A stretch of 64,000 bases of DNA from an uncultured candidatus Porisulfidus sp. (GTDB taxonomy: Bacteria > Pseudomonadota > Gammaproteobacteria > Poriferisulfidales > Poriferisulfidaceae): the NCBI GenBank assembly GCA_965199755.1, contig CBDASZ010000001.1:64001-128000 (forward strand). Reading direction: 5' to 3'. How positions within the stretch are numbered: position 1 is the first letter of the stretch; each line of letters begins with the position of its first letter. Both the position numbers and the translations under genes were made by a program. The notes under the pieces were generated by a model that saw nothing but the letters and a program-made list of their open reading frames with translations, did no database searches and was not told where the DNA came from. Below, piece after piece: positions 20,752 to 30,670 of this stretch.

Positions 20752-21527
20752 GGAAAATCGCCGGAGCGCACCGCCTGAACGTAAGCACGCACAGCATCCG
20801 CGATACTGGCCCCCGAATTCATAAAGTTTTGGGCGTGTCGGGGGATGGGGTCAGCCAGACCCAGCACATCCTGCAGCACCAGAACTTGACCGTCACACTG
20901 CGACCCGGAACCAATGCCAATCACCGGAACGCTGGCCTGCTGTGTGATCTTGCTCGCCACTTCCGGGTACACGCATTCCAGCAGGAGCAGTTGCGTGCCC
21001 GCATCCGTCAGGGCTTGCGCCGCGTCAAACAATTCCTGCGCCTCAATTGCATCCTTGCCGCATCGCTGTACACCCTCGAAACTCTCCAGACTCTGAGGTC
21101 GCAACCCCAGATGCGCACAGACCGGAATACCGGATGCCACCAGCGCCGCGACTACTTGCACTTGATCTGTGCAGGCTTCAAGTTTGACCATCTGCGCACC
21201 GGCCTCTATCAGCGCACCAGCATTCGCCAGCGCCGCATCCACCTCCTCGAAACTCTGATACGGCATATCGCATATAACCAGTGCCCGGCGCGTCGTCCGA
21301 GCCACGCAGCGGGTGTGGTACACCATGTCCGCCATCGTCACGTCGCGGGTGTTCGCATGGCCTTGCACAACCATTCCCAAGGAATCCCCGACCAGCACGA
21401 AATCCACCTCGCAGGCATCCAAAACGGCGGCGAAACTGGCATCGTACGCGGTCAGCCCGGCAAAGCGTTCGCCTGCCGTACTCATCGCGCGCAGGTGCTC
21501 CGGTGTGATTCTGGCTGTGGCTTGCAT
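20748..21527 (-). CDS. panB: 3-methyl-2-oxobutanoate hydroxymethyltransferase
   Basis: LTAYD, LVGDSLG, VKLE, IGIGSG..CDGQVLV. Confidence 0.96.
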   Translation of the reverse strand: MQATARITPEHLRAMSTAGERFAGLTAYDASFAAVLDACEVDFVLVGDSLGMVVQGHANTRDVTMADMVYHTRCVARTTRRALVICDMPYQSFEEVDAALANAGALIEAGAQMVKLEACTDQVQVVAALVASGIPVCAHLGLRPQSLESFEGVQRCGKDAIEAQELFDAAQALTDAGTQLLLLECVYPEVASKITQQASVPVIGIGSGSQCDGQVLVLQDVLGLADPIPRHAQNFMNSGASIADAVRAYVQAVRSGDFP

Positions 21528-21537
21528 GGCGTTCCTC

Positions 21538-22713
21538 TCAAATTAAAGCCACTTCGGCTTCCTGCAGCGTCGTGGCGCCTTGCGAGGGATCCAGAAAATA
21601 TTGACCCGGCTCGCGAATCCCATCCAGCGCCGCCAGCAGGCTCTGATAATCCTGCTGCCCCTGGGACAGATTGGTATACGTGGTATCCACTGTCAGCAAG
21701 GTGCCGGGATAGCTGCGGAAATATTCTGCCATCAGCAAGGACAAGCGTTCCAGAAATTCGGCTTTGAGTTCCCGCTCAAATGAGCGGCCCCGGAGCTGAA
21801 TTCGCTCCAGCAACTGCGGCAGTGGCGCTTGCAGGTAGATCACCAGATCCGGGCGCGGAAGGGAGGCCGTCATGTGGGTATACAGATCAAGCCACAGATC
21901 GTATTCATCTCCGGTCAAGGACAGACGGGAGAACCAGTCGCTTTTCTCACTGATGTAGTCAGTGAACACCGGCTGGCGGAACAAATCTTCTTGCGTGAGT
22001 CGCTGCATCTGGCCGGTGCGACTGACCAGAAAATACACCTGGGCCGCCAAGGCGCTGGCATGCGGGTCGGCGTAGAACCGCTCAAGAAAAGGGTTACTTT
22101 GGTAATTCTCCAGCATCAGCATGCCGTTGAAGTCAGCCGCCAGACGGTTGCACAGGGTGGTTTTGCCCACTCCGATGGGGCCTTCCACGGCAATCAGCCG
22201 CATTTCTTGCGGCAACTGCCAACTCGCCGCGATGCGATCAATCGGGGAGGCCGGACACAGCTTCAGCAAGGAGGCAAGCAAGCCGCGATTCGGAATCTGC
22301 AATTCCGGGTCAAGTTCCTGCAACGGCAGCAGCACAAAGAGGCGCTCATGGGCTCCCGGATGCGGCACGGTCAGATCTTCCTGCTCCACGCATTCATCAC
22401 CCCACAGCAACAAGTCCAGATCAAGCGGTCGCGAGGCCCAGTGCTCCGAGGTTTGGGTGCGTCCAAATTGCCGCTCGATTTCCTGCATTTCGCCCAGCAA
22501 CTGTTGCGGCTGCATATCGGTTGCCAGACGCACCACGGCATTGATGTAGTCCGGCTGGTCCAGACCACCCATGGGCGGATTGCGGTACAGGCCGGAGGCG
22601 CCGCAGACACGAATGCGCGGATGCTCCCCCAGACGGCGAATCGCCTCCCGGATCTGCTTCTGCGGCTGCCCCAGATTGGCACCCAGGCCGACATAAATAT
22701 CCGTGCGTTCCAT
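21538..22713 (-). CDS. folK: FolK (HPPK)-deoxynucleoside kinase fusion
   Basis: N-terminal YVGLGANLG, RPLDLDLL, VPHP; C-terminal IAVEGPIGVGKTT, PDLVIYLQA, RGRSFE; one continuous ORF. Confidence 0.9.
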   Translation of the reverse strand: MERTDIYVGLGANLGQPQKQIREAIRRLGEHPRIRVCGASGLYRNPPMGGLDQPDYINAVVRLATDMQPQQLLGEMQEIERQFGRTQTSEHWASRPLDLDLLLWGDECVEQEDLTVPHPGAHERLFVLLPLQELDPELQIPNRGLLASLLKLCPASPIDRIAASWQLPQEMRLIAVEGPIGVGKTTLCNRLAADFNGMLMLENYQSNPFLERFYADPHASALAAQVYFLVSRTGQMQRLTQEDLFRQPVFTDYISEKSDWFSRLSLTGDEYDLWLDLYTHMTASLPRPDLVIYLQAPLPQLLERIQLRGRSFERELKAEFLERLSLLMAEYFRSYPGTLLTVDTTYTNLSQGQQDYQSLLAALDGIREPGQYFLDPSQGATTLQEAEVALI

Positions 22714-22715
22714 GG

Positions 22716-24029
22716 CTATCTTCTGCTTCTGCGTCGACGCCGGCGGCGCGGGGGCTTGTCCGAGCATACGGGTTGGTATTGTTCCTGAATTTTGGTCCAT
22801 GCCTGAAAGGCCTCGGCCAGCGCATCTTTTTTGCCCGCGCGCAAGCCCAAAAAATCATACGCCGCGCGAAAATAACCCTGCGAGATCACGCGCGCCGGGT
22901 GCTTGCGCGGGCCGGTTTCCAACTGCGCCTGACGGTGCCAGATTTCCCGGATCATCTGCGCGTGGCGATACGGAATGCGGGTGGTGCTCATTTGCCGCTT
23001 CAGGACACGGTCGCCGCAGACGGTTAGCGCTTCCGGTCGGTTCATTTTGGACTGTTTGTCTTCCTTCATTCGCTCGCACACCTCCGGCCACAGCATGACA
23101 GCGTAGGCGAAGGCGGGAGATAAGGGTTTCCCTTCGCGGGCGCGGACATCCGTGTTATGCAGGGCGCGGCGCAGAAAATTCAGATGCTCCGGCTGCTTCT
23201 CATCCTCCAGAATCCAGTCCGTGTGCGGGAACAGCCGCACCAGCAGTTTCTTTTCACGCAGCATGTCCAGCGCGACTTCAGCCGCGCCGCAATGCAGCAG
23301 TTTGACGCCCTCGTCAAACATCCGCGCAGGTGAAATAGCCTCCAGAAGATAAGCTGATTTCGCGATGCAGGCATCCATGGCAGGGTCAATCTCAAACTCC
23401 AGTTTCGCCGCGAAGCGCACCACACGCAGCAGACGCACCGGATCTTCCCTAAACCGGATCACCGGCTTGCCCAGCATACGCAACTGGCGCGCGCGAAGAT
23501 CCTTGATGCCGTCGACGAAATCCAGCAGCGCGTTGTCCCGTGGGTCGTAAAACAGCGCGTTGATCGTGAAATCACGCCGCTCCGCGTCCCGATCAATCGG
23601 GCCATAAGCATTGTCGCGCAGAATGCGACCGCCCAGAGTTGTGGCTACATGCTCGCGACCGGCGCGCGAACGATGACCGCCGCGAAACGTCGCCACTTCG
23701 ATGCGCTCGCGGCCAATGAATACATGCGCGAGACGAAAACGCCGCCCGATAATGCGACAGCGATCAAACAAGTCCCGCACCTGTTCCGGGCGCGCATCAG
23801 TGGCGATATCGAAGTCCTTCGGATTCAGGCCCAGCATCATGTCGCGCACACCGCCACCCACAATGTAGGCATCATAGCCACCTTCGTGCAGAGTCCGCAC
23901 CACGGTAAGCGCCGCGGTACTGACTTGTGCGGAATGGAGGTTGTGCTCGTGCGGGCCCAGCACCCGCAACTGTTTGCGCGTGCGCTTCAGCGCCACCTTG
24001 GAAATCCGCGAGAGCAATTCGGTCGACAT
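22716..24029 (-). CDS. pcnB: Poly(A) polymerase I
   Basis: VGGGVRD, PKDFDIAT, IIGRRFRLAHV, RRDFTIN, EDPVRLLR, Arg-rich C-terminus. Confidence 0.95.
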   Translation of the reverse strand: MSTELLSRISKVALKRTRKQLRVLGPHEHNLHSAQVSTAALTVVRTLHEGGYDAYIVGGGVRDMMLGLNPKDFDIATDARPEQVRDLFDRCRIIGRRFRLAHVFIGRERIEVATFRGGHRSRAGREHVATTLGGRILRDNAYGPIDRDAERRDFTINALFYDPRDNALLDFVDGIKDLRARQLRMLGKPVIRFREDPVRLLRVVRFAAKLEFEIDPAMDACIAKSAYLLEAISPARMFDEGVKLLHCGAAEVALDMLREKKLLVRLFPHTDWILEDEKQPEHLNFLRRALHNTDVRAREGKPLSPAFAYAVMLWPEVCERMKEDKQSKMNRPEALTVCGDRVLKRQMSTTRIPYRHAQMIREIWHRQAQLETGPRKHPARVISQGYFRAAYDFLGLRAGKKDALAEAFQAWTKIQEQYQPVCSDKPPRRRRRRRSRR

Positions 24030-24124
24030 GATGAAAGACGCAGCGAGCTTGCCATTCTAGCCGCCGCAAAAAGGGGGAGTGTTGGTGCTGGCTTTCGGGT
24101 CTGCTAGATGGCGCTCGGCGAGGC

Positions 24125-24910
24125 TTATTCCCGAATCACCCCACGGGAACTTGAGTCAATAAAGTCGCACATTTGCTTCACTTCCGGGCAGGACTCCGAA
24201 AGCGTCCGAACCTCCTCACCTCGCGCCGCGGCACCACCGCGATGCAACAGCAAAGTATAAGCATGGTGCAGGTTATCGAGAGTCGCGCGCGGAAATTCAG
24301 CGCGCCGCAGGCCCTCGCGATTGATGCCAGAAGGGCGTGCTGGATTGCCGACCGCCATCACAAACGGCGGCAAGTCCCGATTCAGGGCGCAACCCATGCC
24401 GCTGAAGGCATAGCGGCCGATGCGACAGAATTGATGCACCAGCGTGAAGCCGCCGAGCGTGGCGTAATCCTCCACCTGCACATGACCGGCCAGCGTGGCA
24501 CCGTTGGCGAAAGTTACGTGATCTCCGATCACGCAGTCATGCGCAATATGCACGTAGGCCATGATCCAGTTGTGGTGGCCGACCTCGGTGACATTGCGGT
24601 CTTGCCCGGTGCCGCAGTTCAGGGTGGTGAACTCGCGAATGGTGTTGCCATCACCGATGCGCAGTTCGCTTTCTTCGTTGGCGTATTTCTTGTCCTGTGG
24701 GATCTCGCCGATTGAGGCAAACTGGAAGATGCGGTTGTTGCGGCCGAGCGTGGTGCGTCCGGTTACTACCGCATGCGAGCCGATGGTGGTGTCAGCACCG
24801 ATGCGCACATGAGGTCCGATGACGGCGTAAGGCCCGACTATCGCCGAGGCATCCAGTTCCGCTCCCGGTGCCACCACTGCGGTGGGATGGATGTTCACCG
24901 CTTCGGACAC
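24125..24910 (-). CDS. lpxA: UDP-N-acetylglucosamine O-acyltransferase
   Basis: IHPTA hexapeptide repeats, PQDKKY, HIAHDC, LAGHV, HQFCRIG. Confidence 0.96.
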   Translation of the reverse strand: MSEAVNIHPTAVVAPGAELDASAIVGPYAVIGPHVRIGADTTIGSHAVVTGRTTLGRNNRIFQFASIGEIPQDKKYANEESELRIGDGNTIREFTTLNCGTGQDRNVTEVGHHNWIMAYVHIAHDCVIGDHVTFANGATLAGHVQVEDYATLGGFTLVHQFCRIGRYAFSGMGCALNRDLPPFVMAVGNPARPSGINREGLRRAEFPRATLDNLHHAYTLLLHRGGAAARGEEVRTLSESCPEVKQMCDFIDSSSRGVIRE

Positions 24911-24913
24911 GAA

Positions 24914-25372
24914 TCAGGACACCGGATCTTGCGGCTTGAACATGCACATGATCTCGGCCTGCGCAGCCAGTTCCCCGTCCACGCTGGCGGTAGCGTCAAA
25001 GGCCGCGCAATTCTTGCGTATCCACAACAGTTTTACTTCCGACAGCAACTGATCACCCGGCACTACGGGGCGCTTGAAGCGCGCCTTCTCCACACCGACG
25101 AACATATACAGGCTTTCTTCTTTCGGACAGTATTCCGGCGACTTGAACACCAGCAAGCCGGACGTCTGCGCCATTACTTCCAGAATCAGCACTCCGGGGA
25201 AGATCGGCTGGCCCGGGAAATGTCCGGTGAAGCAGGGTTCGTCCGCCGTGATGTTCTTGATCGCCTTGATCGACTTGCCGGGGTCCAGCTCCAGTACCCG
25301 GTCAACCAGCAAAAAGGGGTAGCGGTGCGGCAACAAACGCTGGATTTCCTGAATGTCAAAGCCGCCGCTCAT
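24914..25372 (-). CDS. fabZ: 3-hydroxyacyl-ACP dehydratase
   Basis: LLPHRYPFLLVD, FTGHFP, PGVLILE, PVVPGD; start taken at MSGGFD. Confidence 0.96.
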   Translation of the reverse strand: MSGGFDIQEIQRLLPHRYPFLLVDRVLELDPGKSIKAIKNITADEPCFTGHFPGQPIFPGVLILEVMAQTSGLLVFKSPEYCPKEESLYMFVGVEKARFKRPVVPGDQLLSEVKLLWIRKNCAAFDATASVDGELAAQAEIMCMFKPQDPVS

Positions 25373-26400
25373 CCCTGACTGCCTCCGCTGTCGCCTTTTA
25401 TCAGGGCACCGACAATCTCGTTGAGGTTCTTGAAGCGCGCGGCATTGCGCAGCCAGACGGCATTTTCCTGAATTGAGGTGCCAGAACTGTATGTTCCCGC
25501 ATCCTTGATTGAGCGATCCGCTTTGGACATGCCGGTGATCACCACTCCGTCCGCCAATTCCACATGATCCTGCACGCCGGCTCCGCCGCCAATTTGACAA
25601 TAGCGGCCAATGGTGGCGCTTCCGGCAATGCCGGAACAACCGGCAATCGCCGAGTGATCGCCGATCGACACGTTGTGCGCGACTTGCACCTGGTTATCCA
25701 GCTTGACGCCGCAGCCTATCACCGTGTCCTCCAGCATGCCGCGATCGATGGTGACCAACGCGCCGATCTCGCAATCATCGCCAATCCGCACACTGCCAAG
25801 ATGCCGCAACTTGATCCAGCGGCCGTCCTCCTGGGCATAGCCGAAGCCATCGGAGCCAATAATGGAGCCGGGCCAGATCTCCACACGGTCGCCCAGTTGC
25901 GTTCCCGCCAGCAGCGAAATGCGTCCATGCAGGTAGCAGCCCTCGCCCACAGCGCTGTTCGCGTCAATCATGCAATGCGGTCCGAATACTGTGTTCTTGC
26001 CAATACGCACACCATCGCCGATCATGCAGTATGGCCCGATCTGCACCGGATTCTCGACCTCTGCCCGTGCGCTGATCTGCGCGGTGCTGTGAATGTACTG
26101 TTTGATCTGCGGCACCGGATACAACGCCCGCATGGCGTGCGCCATACTTAAGTACGGATCGTCGCAAACCAAAGCCGGAACCGGACAGGCGGAAAGATCG
26201 GCCTCGCGCAACAGCACGACGGAGGCCTGGGTGTGAGTCAGCGCGGCGCGGTGGCGGGGATGGCTGTAGAAACTGATTGCGCCGGGACCGGCGGTATGCA
26301 GCGAGGCCGCATGGTCGATGCAGGCAGAATCATCCGCGGGCTTGCCTTCCAGCCGCGCGCCAGCAATCTCTGCAATCTGATTCAGGTCCAGCAATGCCAC
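25369..26400 (-). CDS. lpxD: UDP-3-O-acylglucosamine N-acyltransferase
   Basis: GSDGFGY, TIDRG, KLDNQVQVAHNV, hexapeptide repeats. Confidence 0.95.
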   Translation of the reverse strand: MALLDLNQIAEIAGARLEGKPADDSACIDHAASLHTAGPGAISFYSHPRHRAALTHTQASVVLLREADLSACPVPALVCDDPYLSMAHAMRALYPVPQIKQYIHSTAQISARAEVENPVQIGPYCMIGDGVRIGKNTVFGPHCMIDANSAVGEGCYLHGRISLLAGTQLGDRVEIWPGSIIGSDGFGYAQEDGRWIKLRHLGSVRIGDDCEIGALVTIDRGMLEDTVIGCGVKLDNQVQVAHNVSIGDHSAIAGCSGIAGSATIGRYCQIGGGAGVQDHVELADGVVITGMSKADRSIKDAGTYSSGTSIQENAVWLRNAARFKNLNEIVGALIKGDSGGSQG

Positions 26401-26416
26401 ACGGGACCCCGTGGAA

Positions 26417-26932
26417 TTATGGGTTGCTCAGTTTTTTGAGCACCCGCTCTGTAATATCAATTCGACTACTGGCATACAGAGTGACCGCCTGCGTCAGAAT
26501 CAGGTCGAAACCGTCTTCCTTGGCAATATTTTCGACCACGGCGTTGACCTCTTCCTGCAGTTTGCCGAGTTCCTCGTTGCGCCGGATCGCCAGATCCTCG
26601 CGCACTTCATCGCGAGCCCGCACAAAATCACGCTTGCGCCGCTGAACATTACGCTCCAGCGCCACACGCCGTTCCTCTGACATCACATCGCCGTCATTAG
26701 CCAACTGTTCTTCCAGTTTGGTGATCTCCTTATGCAGTTCTTCCAACTGCTTGTTGCGCGGAGCGAATTCATTCTGCAACTCCTGACGCGCAGCGGTAGC
26801 CTGCGGAGAGTCTTCCAGAATGCGACCGACGTCAACGAAGCCCACCTTGGCGCTCTGCGCCCATACGGCGCTGCTACCAAGCAGCAACAAGGCCGCCACA
26901 GAAAGACGGGCAAGACTGGTGTGATGTTTCAT
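26417..26932 (-). CDS. skp: OmpH/Skp periplasmic chaperone
   Basis: Signal peptide, KVGFVD, long coiled coil, terminal DITERVL; synteny. Confidence 0.92.
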   Translation of the reverse strand: MKHHTSLARLSVAALLLLGSSAVWAQSAKVGFVDVGRILEDSPQATAARQELQNEFAPRNKQLEELHKEITKLEEQLANDGDVMSEERRVALERNVQRRKRDFVRARDEVREDLAIRRNEELGKLQEEVNAVVENIAKEDGFDLILTQAVTLYASSRIDITERVLKKLSNP

Positions 26933-27053
26933 GCGTACTGCTCCCGATTGCCGCCCATTGTACAGGCATTTGGGGATTATAGGGAATTGGGTCTCAAATC
27001 AGTTGGGGTATTCCCGACTTCTTTGAAGCTGTGGCTTGCGGCAAGTTCCATAA

Positions 27054-28088
27054 TCAGTCATGGTAGCCACGCGCAACCAATACATCTTCAATCAGACTCT
27101 TGCGCAGATTCAATGCGCCGTTGGTCGACGGGAACGCGATGCGCTCCCAGGCCGTGTTGTGGAACAATTTTTGCATTTTGGGCTTGCATTTGCGAAACAC
27201 CCACCCGTAACCCCTATTATTCGGCAATTCCTCATAGGATGATAGGCTTTCATGCCGGTGAAGCAGGTGGACGGAAGGGACAGGTCGCATTTGCCGATCA
27301 TGTGCTTGTTTCGGGTGCTGGAGGGTGTGCCGCCATCAGAGAGCGAATACACCGTGACAAAGGAATCACAGGTTTTCCGTGGCTCCAAAGTGATGTGCTG
27401 GCGATTGATTTTGGTCCAGATCTGAAAGATCGTGCTGATTTCCACCGGCGCGCCGTCGGGCTTCTCAAAGGAACTCGCACTCAGCTTTTCGCTGTGCGCC
27501 AGTTGAAATCGCTGATCCACCCGCTTGCTCGGCACCCCCCTTGCCATCACTTTCGAACAGCTACGGCAGAATGAAGGCTACCCTGTCCGCAAATTGGGCG
27601 GAATGGTTGATGAATTACAGCGCCAAATGCCCGCGAAGTCCGAACGGGGGATTGCCAATGACAATGTATTGCCCCTGATGTTCCGGTTGCCACAGGAGAT
27701 AGTCCGCTTTGCTGAGTTCGTGGTTTCTTGGTGCCAGATCAAGACCGATTCTTCGGTGCGCGGGGAGCGTCTGATAAAACCCGCCTCAACCGGCAGACGG
27801 CTCGATAAAGGTGTAGGGGCTCAAGTCCTCGTGCAAATCTTGCGCGACCTGGCGGAAGGTTTCCCAACACTGTCGGCGACGGGTGGTTTGGTGTAAAACT
27901 GATCCTCGGCCTCTCCTGAAAGCTCCAACATCCGCTTGAAATCCCCCGTGTAGTGCCCGGGGACCTTGCCCATGTCCACCCCATCGCTTGATCGTGTTGG
28001 CGTGCAGGCTCAACCTGCTTGCCACCTCAGCCAGCGGCATCACTTGTGTTACTTTGTCAAACAACTCCTGAGCCGTGGCGCTAGTCAT
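27054..28088 (-). pseudogene. Disrupted HTH + amino-DNA methyltransferase-like gene
   Basis: DQFYTK, IEPSAG*GGF and GNPPFG motifs reconstructed across frames; 3 in-frame stops and about 4 frameshifts. Confidence 0.8.
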
Positions 28089-28111
28089 GACGCCCACTCC
28101 GAGTCTCGCTT

Positions 28112-30634
28112 TTACAGGTTGCCCAGATTGAACTGGAAGCTCTCGGTCTCATCAATGCTCTGGTCATTGATTGGCAGGCTGATATTCATTGACACACCGC
28201 CGAGCGGAGACAGCCACGACACGCCCAGTCCCACCGCGGCGCGAATATCGCCGAGTTCGAAGTCATCAGCCTCCTCAAACGCATAGCCCGCATCGAAGAA
28301 CAATGAGCCGCGCAGATTGGCCTCGTCGATGAGCGGGATCGGGAAGGTCACAGCCGCCGAAGTATTCACCATCAGGTTACCGCCGAACGGACGGTTGTAT
28401 TCATCTCTGGGGCCCAGCGTGTTGACCTTATAGCCGCGAACTGACTTCGGGCCACCGGTGACAAACTTGTTTGCGAACGGCAGGTCGGGTGTGCCGGCGT
28501 AACCATCGCCGTAGGCGAAATCGACCCGCATCGACAGGGAATAGTCTTCGGTCAGATCAATGTATTCTTCTTGCTTATAGCGCAGCGTGTAGTACTCCAG
28601 ACCGCTACCAGGCACGCTGCCTGTCACTGAAATCTGGCGCAGGGATCCTTTGCGGGTGAACAGGCTGCGATCGCGGGTGTCGTAAGTGAACGCGCCTGAA
28701 AGTATCAAATTGTTGTAGGACGCTTCGCAGCCCCGATATTGTCTCGTGTCTGTATAAAATTCATATGCTCTTTGTCTTTCCTCTTCAGTAAATTCCCTAT
28801 CCGTATTGTCAAGCGGGAGCTCGTTTGCCGGGGCCTCAGCTCCATCCGATGGTGGATTAAGAATCCTCTCAGGAAGTATCTGAAGCGGAAGTTCATCTTC
28901 CCCCTCAATCAAATTATCAAATTCCATCCGATTCAACCCGAAAAACCGATCTGCTACACAATTCCCACCCGTATCGTTCAGAAAACTCTGCACCCGAAGC
29001 GACGCATCCGCGCCAACATCAAAATTGATCCGCTGGGCCCGCCCGGAGAAAGAAAACGTGCTGTCATCGGCGATCGGAATGCCGTAACTCAGATAAGCCA
29101 GAAAGTCGCGCGACTCATAACGGCTTCGGTTATTGTCATCGGCTGTATCCGTTGACCGCGTGCTGACCCCGAACCCTCGGCTGACGCCGTTGATCGTGTA
29201 GTACGGGTTGTAGAAATCAAACGAATAGCGCGTCGAGGTCTCGCTGTTGTCAAAGTGCACGCCGACCCGGTTACCGGTGCCAAGGAAGTTCTCCTGCTCA
29301 ACACCTGCAGCCAAGGTCAATCCGGTGCCGCTGCTAAAGCCCAGACCGGCTGAGAAGTTGCCGGCCAGACGCTCGGTCACCGTAATCATAATATCCACCT
29401 GATCGCTGGTGCCTGCTACCCGGAACTGCTCAATTTCCACACTCTCGATATACGGCAAGCGCTGGATGCGATAGCGCGAGCGCTCCAGTTGCGGTGTGGA
29501 CAGCCAACTGCCTTCCAACTGGCGCAATTCCCGACGCAGCACTTCGTCCTGCGTGGTGCGGTTGCCGGAGATGTCGATGCGGCGCACGTAGACCCGCTGT
29601 CCGGGATCGACAAAGAAATTGATGATGGTCTCGGCGCTCTCCTCATCCAGTTCAGTCACCGGATTCACCTTGGCAAAGGAATAGCCTTCTTCTGCCAGCC
29701 GCGTGGTTATCGCGGAGGAGGACGCCTGCGCCTTGGCGCTGGAGAAAAACTCACCCGCGCGCACCTGCAGCAGATCGATCAGTTCCCGCTGATCAATGAT
29801 GAACACGCCGGAGATCGACACCTCGCGCACCACAAAGCGCGGGCCTTCGTTGATATGCACGGTGATGAAAATGCCGTCGCGCGTCGGGCTCAGCGCGATC
29901 TGCGCTGAATCCACCTGAAACTTCATGAATCCCCGGTTCAGATAAAACGCCCGCAAGCGTTCCAGATCTCCGGACAACTGCAATTTGGAGTAACGTCCGC
30001 TGTTGCCCATAATGTCGTACCACTGCGGCGGGCCGGATTGAAACAGGTCCAGCAGACGGTCTTCCGGGTAGGACACATTGCCAATGATGTGCACCTGTTC
30101 GATTTCGGCGGGTTCTCCCTCTGCGACTTTGATCTCGATCGCCACGCGATTGTCTTCGCGCTCCACCACATCGGTCGCGACTTCGGCGTTGTAGTGTCCA
30201 ACCGCGTGATACTGCTGCAGGATTTCATTGTGCAACCGCTCAAGCAAAGGCTTGTTGAAGATCCGCCCGGTCGCGATGCCAGCCTCTTCCAGCACCTGCT
30301 CCAGCGTCTCATCGTCAATAATCTCAAGACCCTCGTAGGTGATCTCGGTGATGGCCGGGCGCTCCACCACGGTGATCACCAGCACATTGTCGCGTCGCGA
30401 CACTTGCACATCACTGAATAACTGGGTCTTGAACAGCGTGCGCACCAGCTCGCTGGTGCGGGCCGGATCGAACTCCTCACCGGTTTCCACCGGCAGGTGC
30501 GTGAATACGGTCGCCGCTTCCAGACGCTGCAGCCCGTACAACTCAATATCCTCCACCACGAAGGCCGAGACTGCTGGCGCCATCAGCGCCAACGTTACAC
30601 CCGCCAAAACAGTGAAAGAAACCTTGGGTCGCAT
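28112..30634 (-). CDS. bamA: Outer membrane protein assembly factor BamA
   Basis: POTRA repeats, NFLGTG, VRGY motif, terminal FQFNLG; lies downstream of rseP; start taken at MRPKVS. Confidence 0.96.
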   Translation of the reverse strand: MRPKVSFTVLAGVTLALMAPAVSAFVVEDIELYGLQRLEAATVFTHLPVETGEEFDPARTSELVRTLFKTQLFSDVQVSRRDNVLVITVVERPAITEITYEGLEIIDDETLEQVLEEAGIATGRIFNKPLLERLHNEILQQYHAVGHYNAEVATDVVEREDNRVAIEIKVAEGEPAEIEQVHIIGNVSYPEDRLLDLFQSGPPQWYDIMGNSGRYSKLQLSGDLERLRAFYLNRGFMKFQVDSAQIALSPTRDGIFITVHINEGPRFVVREVSISGVFIIDQRELIDLLQVRAGEFFSSAKAQASSSAITTRLAEEGYSFAKVNPVTELDEESAETIINFFVDPGQRVYVRRIDISGNRTTQDEVLRRELRQLEGSWLSTPQLERSRYRIQRLPYIESVEIEQFRVAGTSDQVDIMITVTERLAGNFSAGLGFSSGTGLTLAAGVEQENFLGTGNRVGVHFDNSETSTRYSFDFYNPYYTINGVSRGFGVSTRSTDTADDNNRSRYESRDFLAYLSYGIPIADDSTFSFSGRAQRINFDVGADASLRVQSFLNDTGGNCVADRFFGLNRMEFDNLIEGEDELPLQILPERILNPPSDGAEAPANELPLDNTDREFTEEERQRAYEFYTDTRQYRGCEASYNNLILSGAFTYDTRDRSLFTRKGSLRQISVTGSVPGSGLEYYTLRYKQEEYIDLTEDYSLSMRVDFAYGDGYAGTPDLPFANKFVTGGPKSVRGYKVNTLGPRDEYNRPFGGNLMVNTSAAVTFPIPLIDEANLRGSLFFDAGYAFEEADDFELGDIRAAVGLGVSWLSPLGGVSMNISLPINDQSIDETESFQFNLGNL

Positions 30635-30670
30635 GAGGCTGAACGGGCCGATGAAGAGCAAATTTGCGCG

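Noticed and set aside
20733-22788. Long + strand ORFs of 344 and 319 aa
   Set aside because: Antisense shadows of panB and folK-dNK, expected in GC-rich coding DNA; no motifs
27535-27540. G6 run as a phase-variation switch for the methyltransferase
   Set aside because: The gene also has three nonsense codons and other frameshifts, so slippage alone cannot restore it
26732-27574. 280-aa + strand ORF
   Set aside because: Antisense to skp and to the methyltransferase pseudogene, whose motifs are on the minus strand
27054-28088. In-frame stops as evidence of stop-codon recoding
   Set aside because: All three stop codons terminate normal genes in this window, and frameshifts co-occur with the stops
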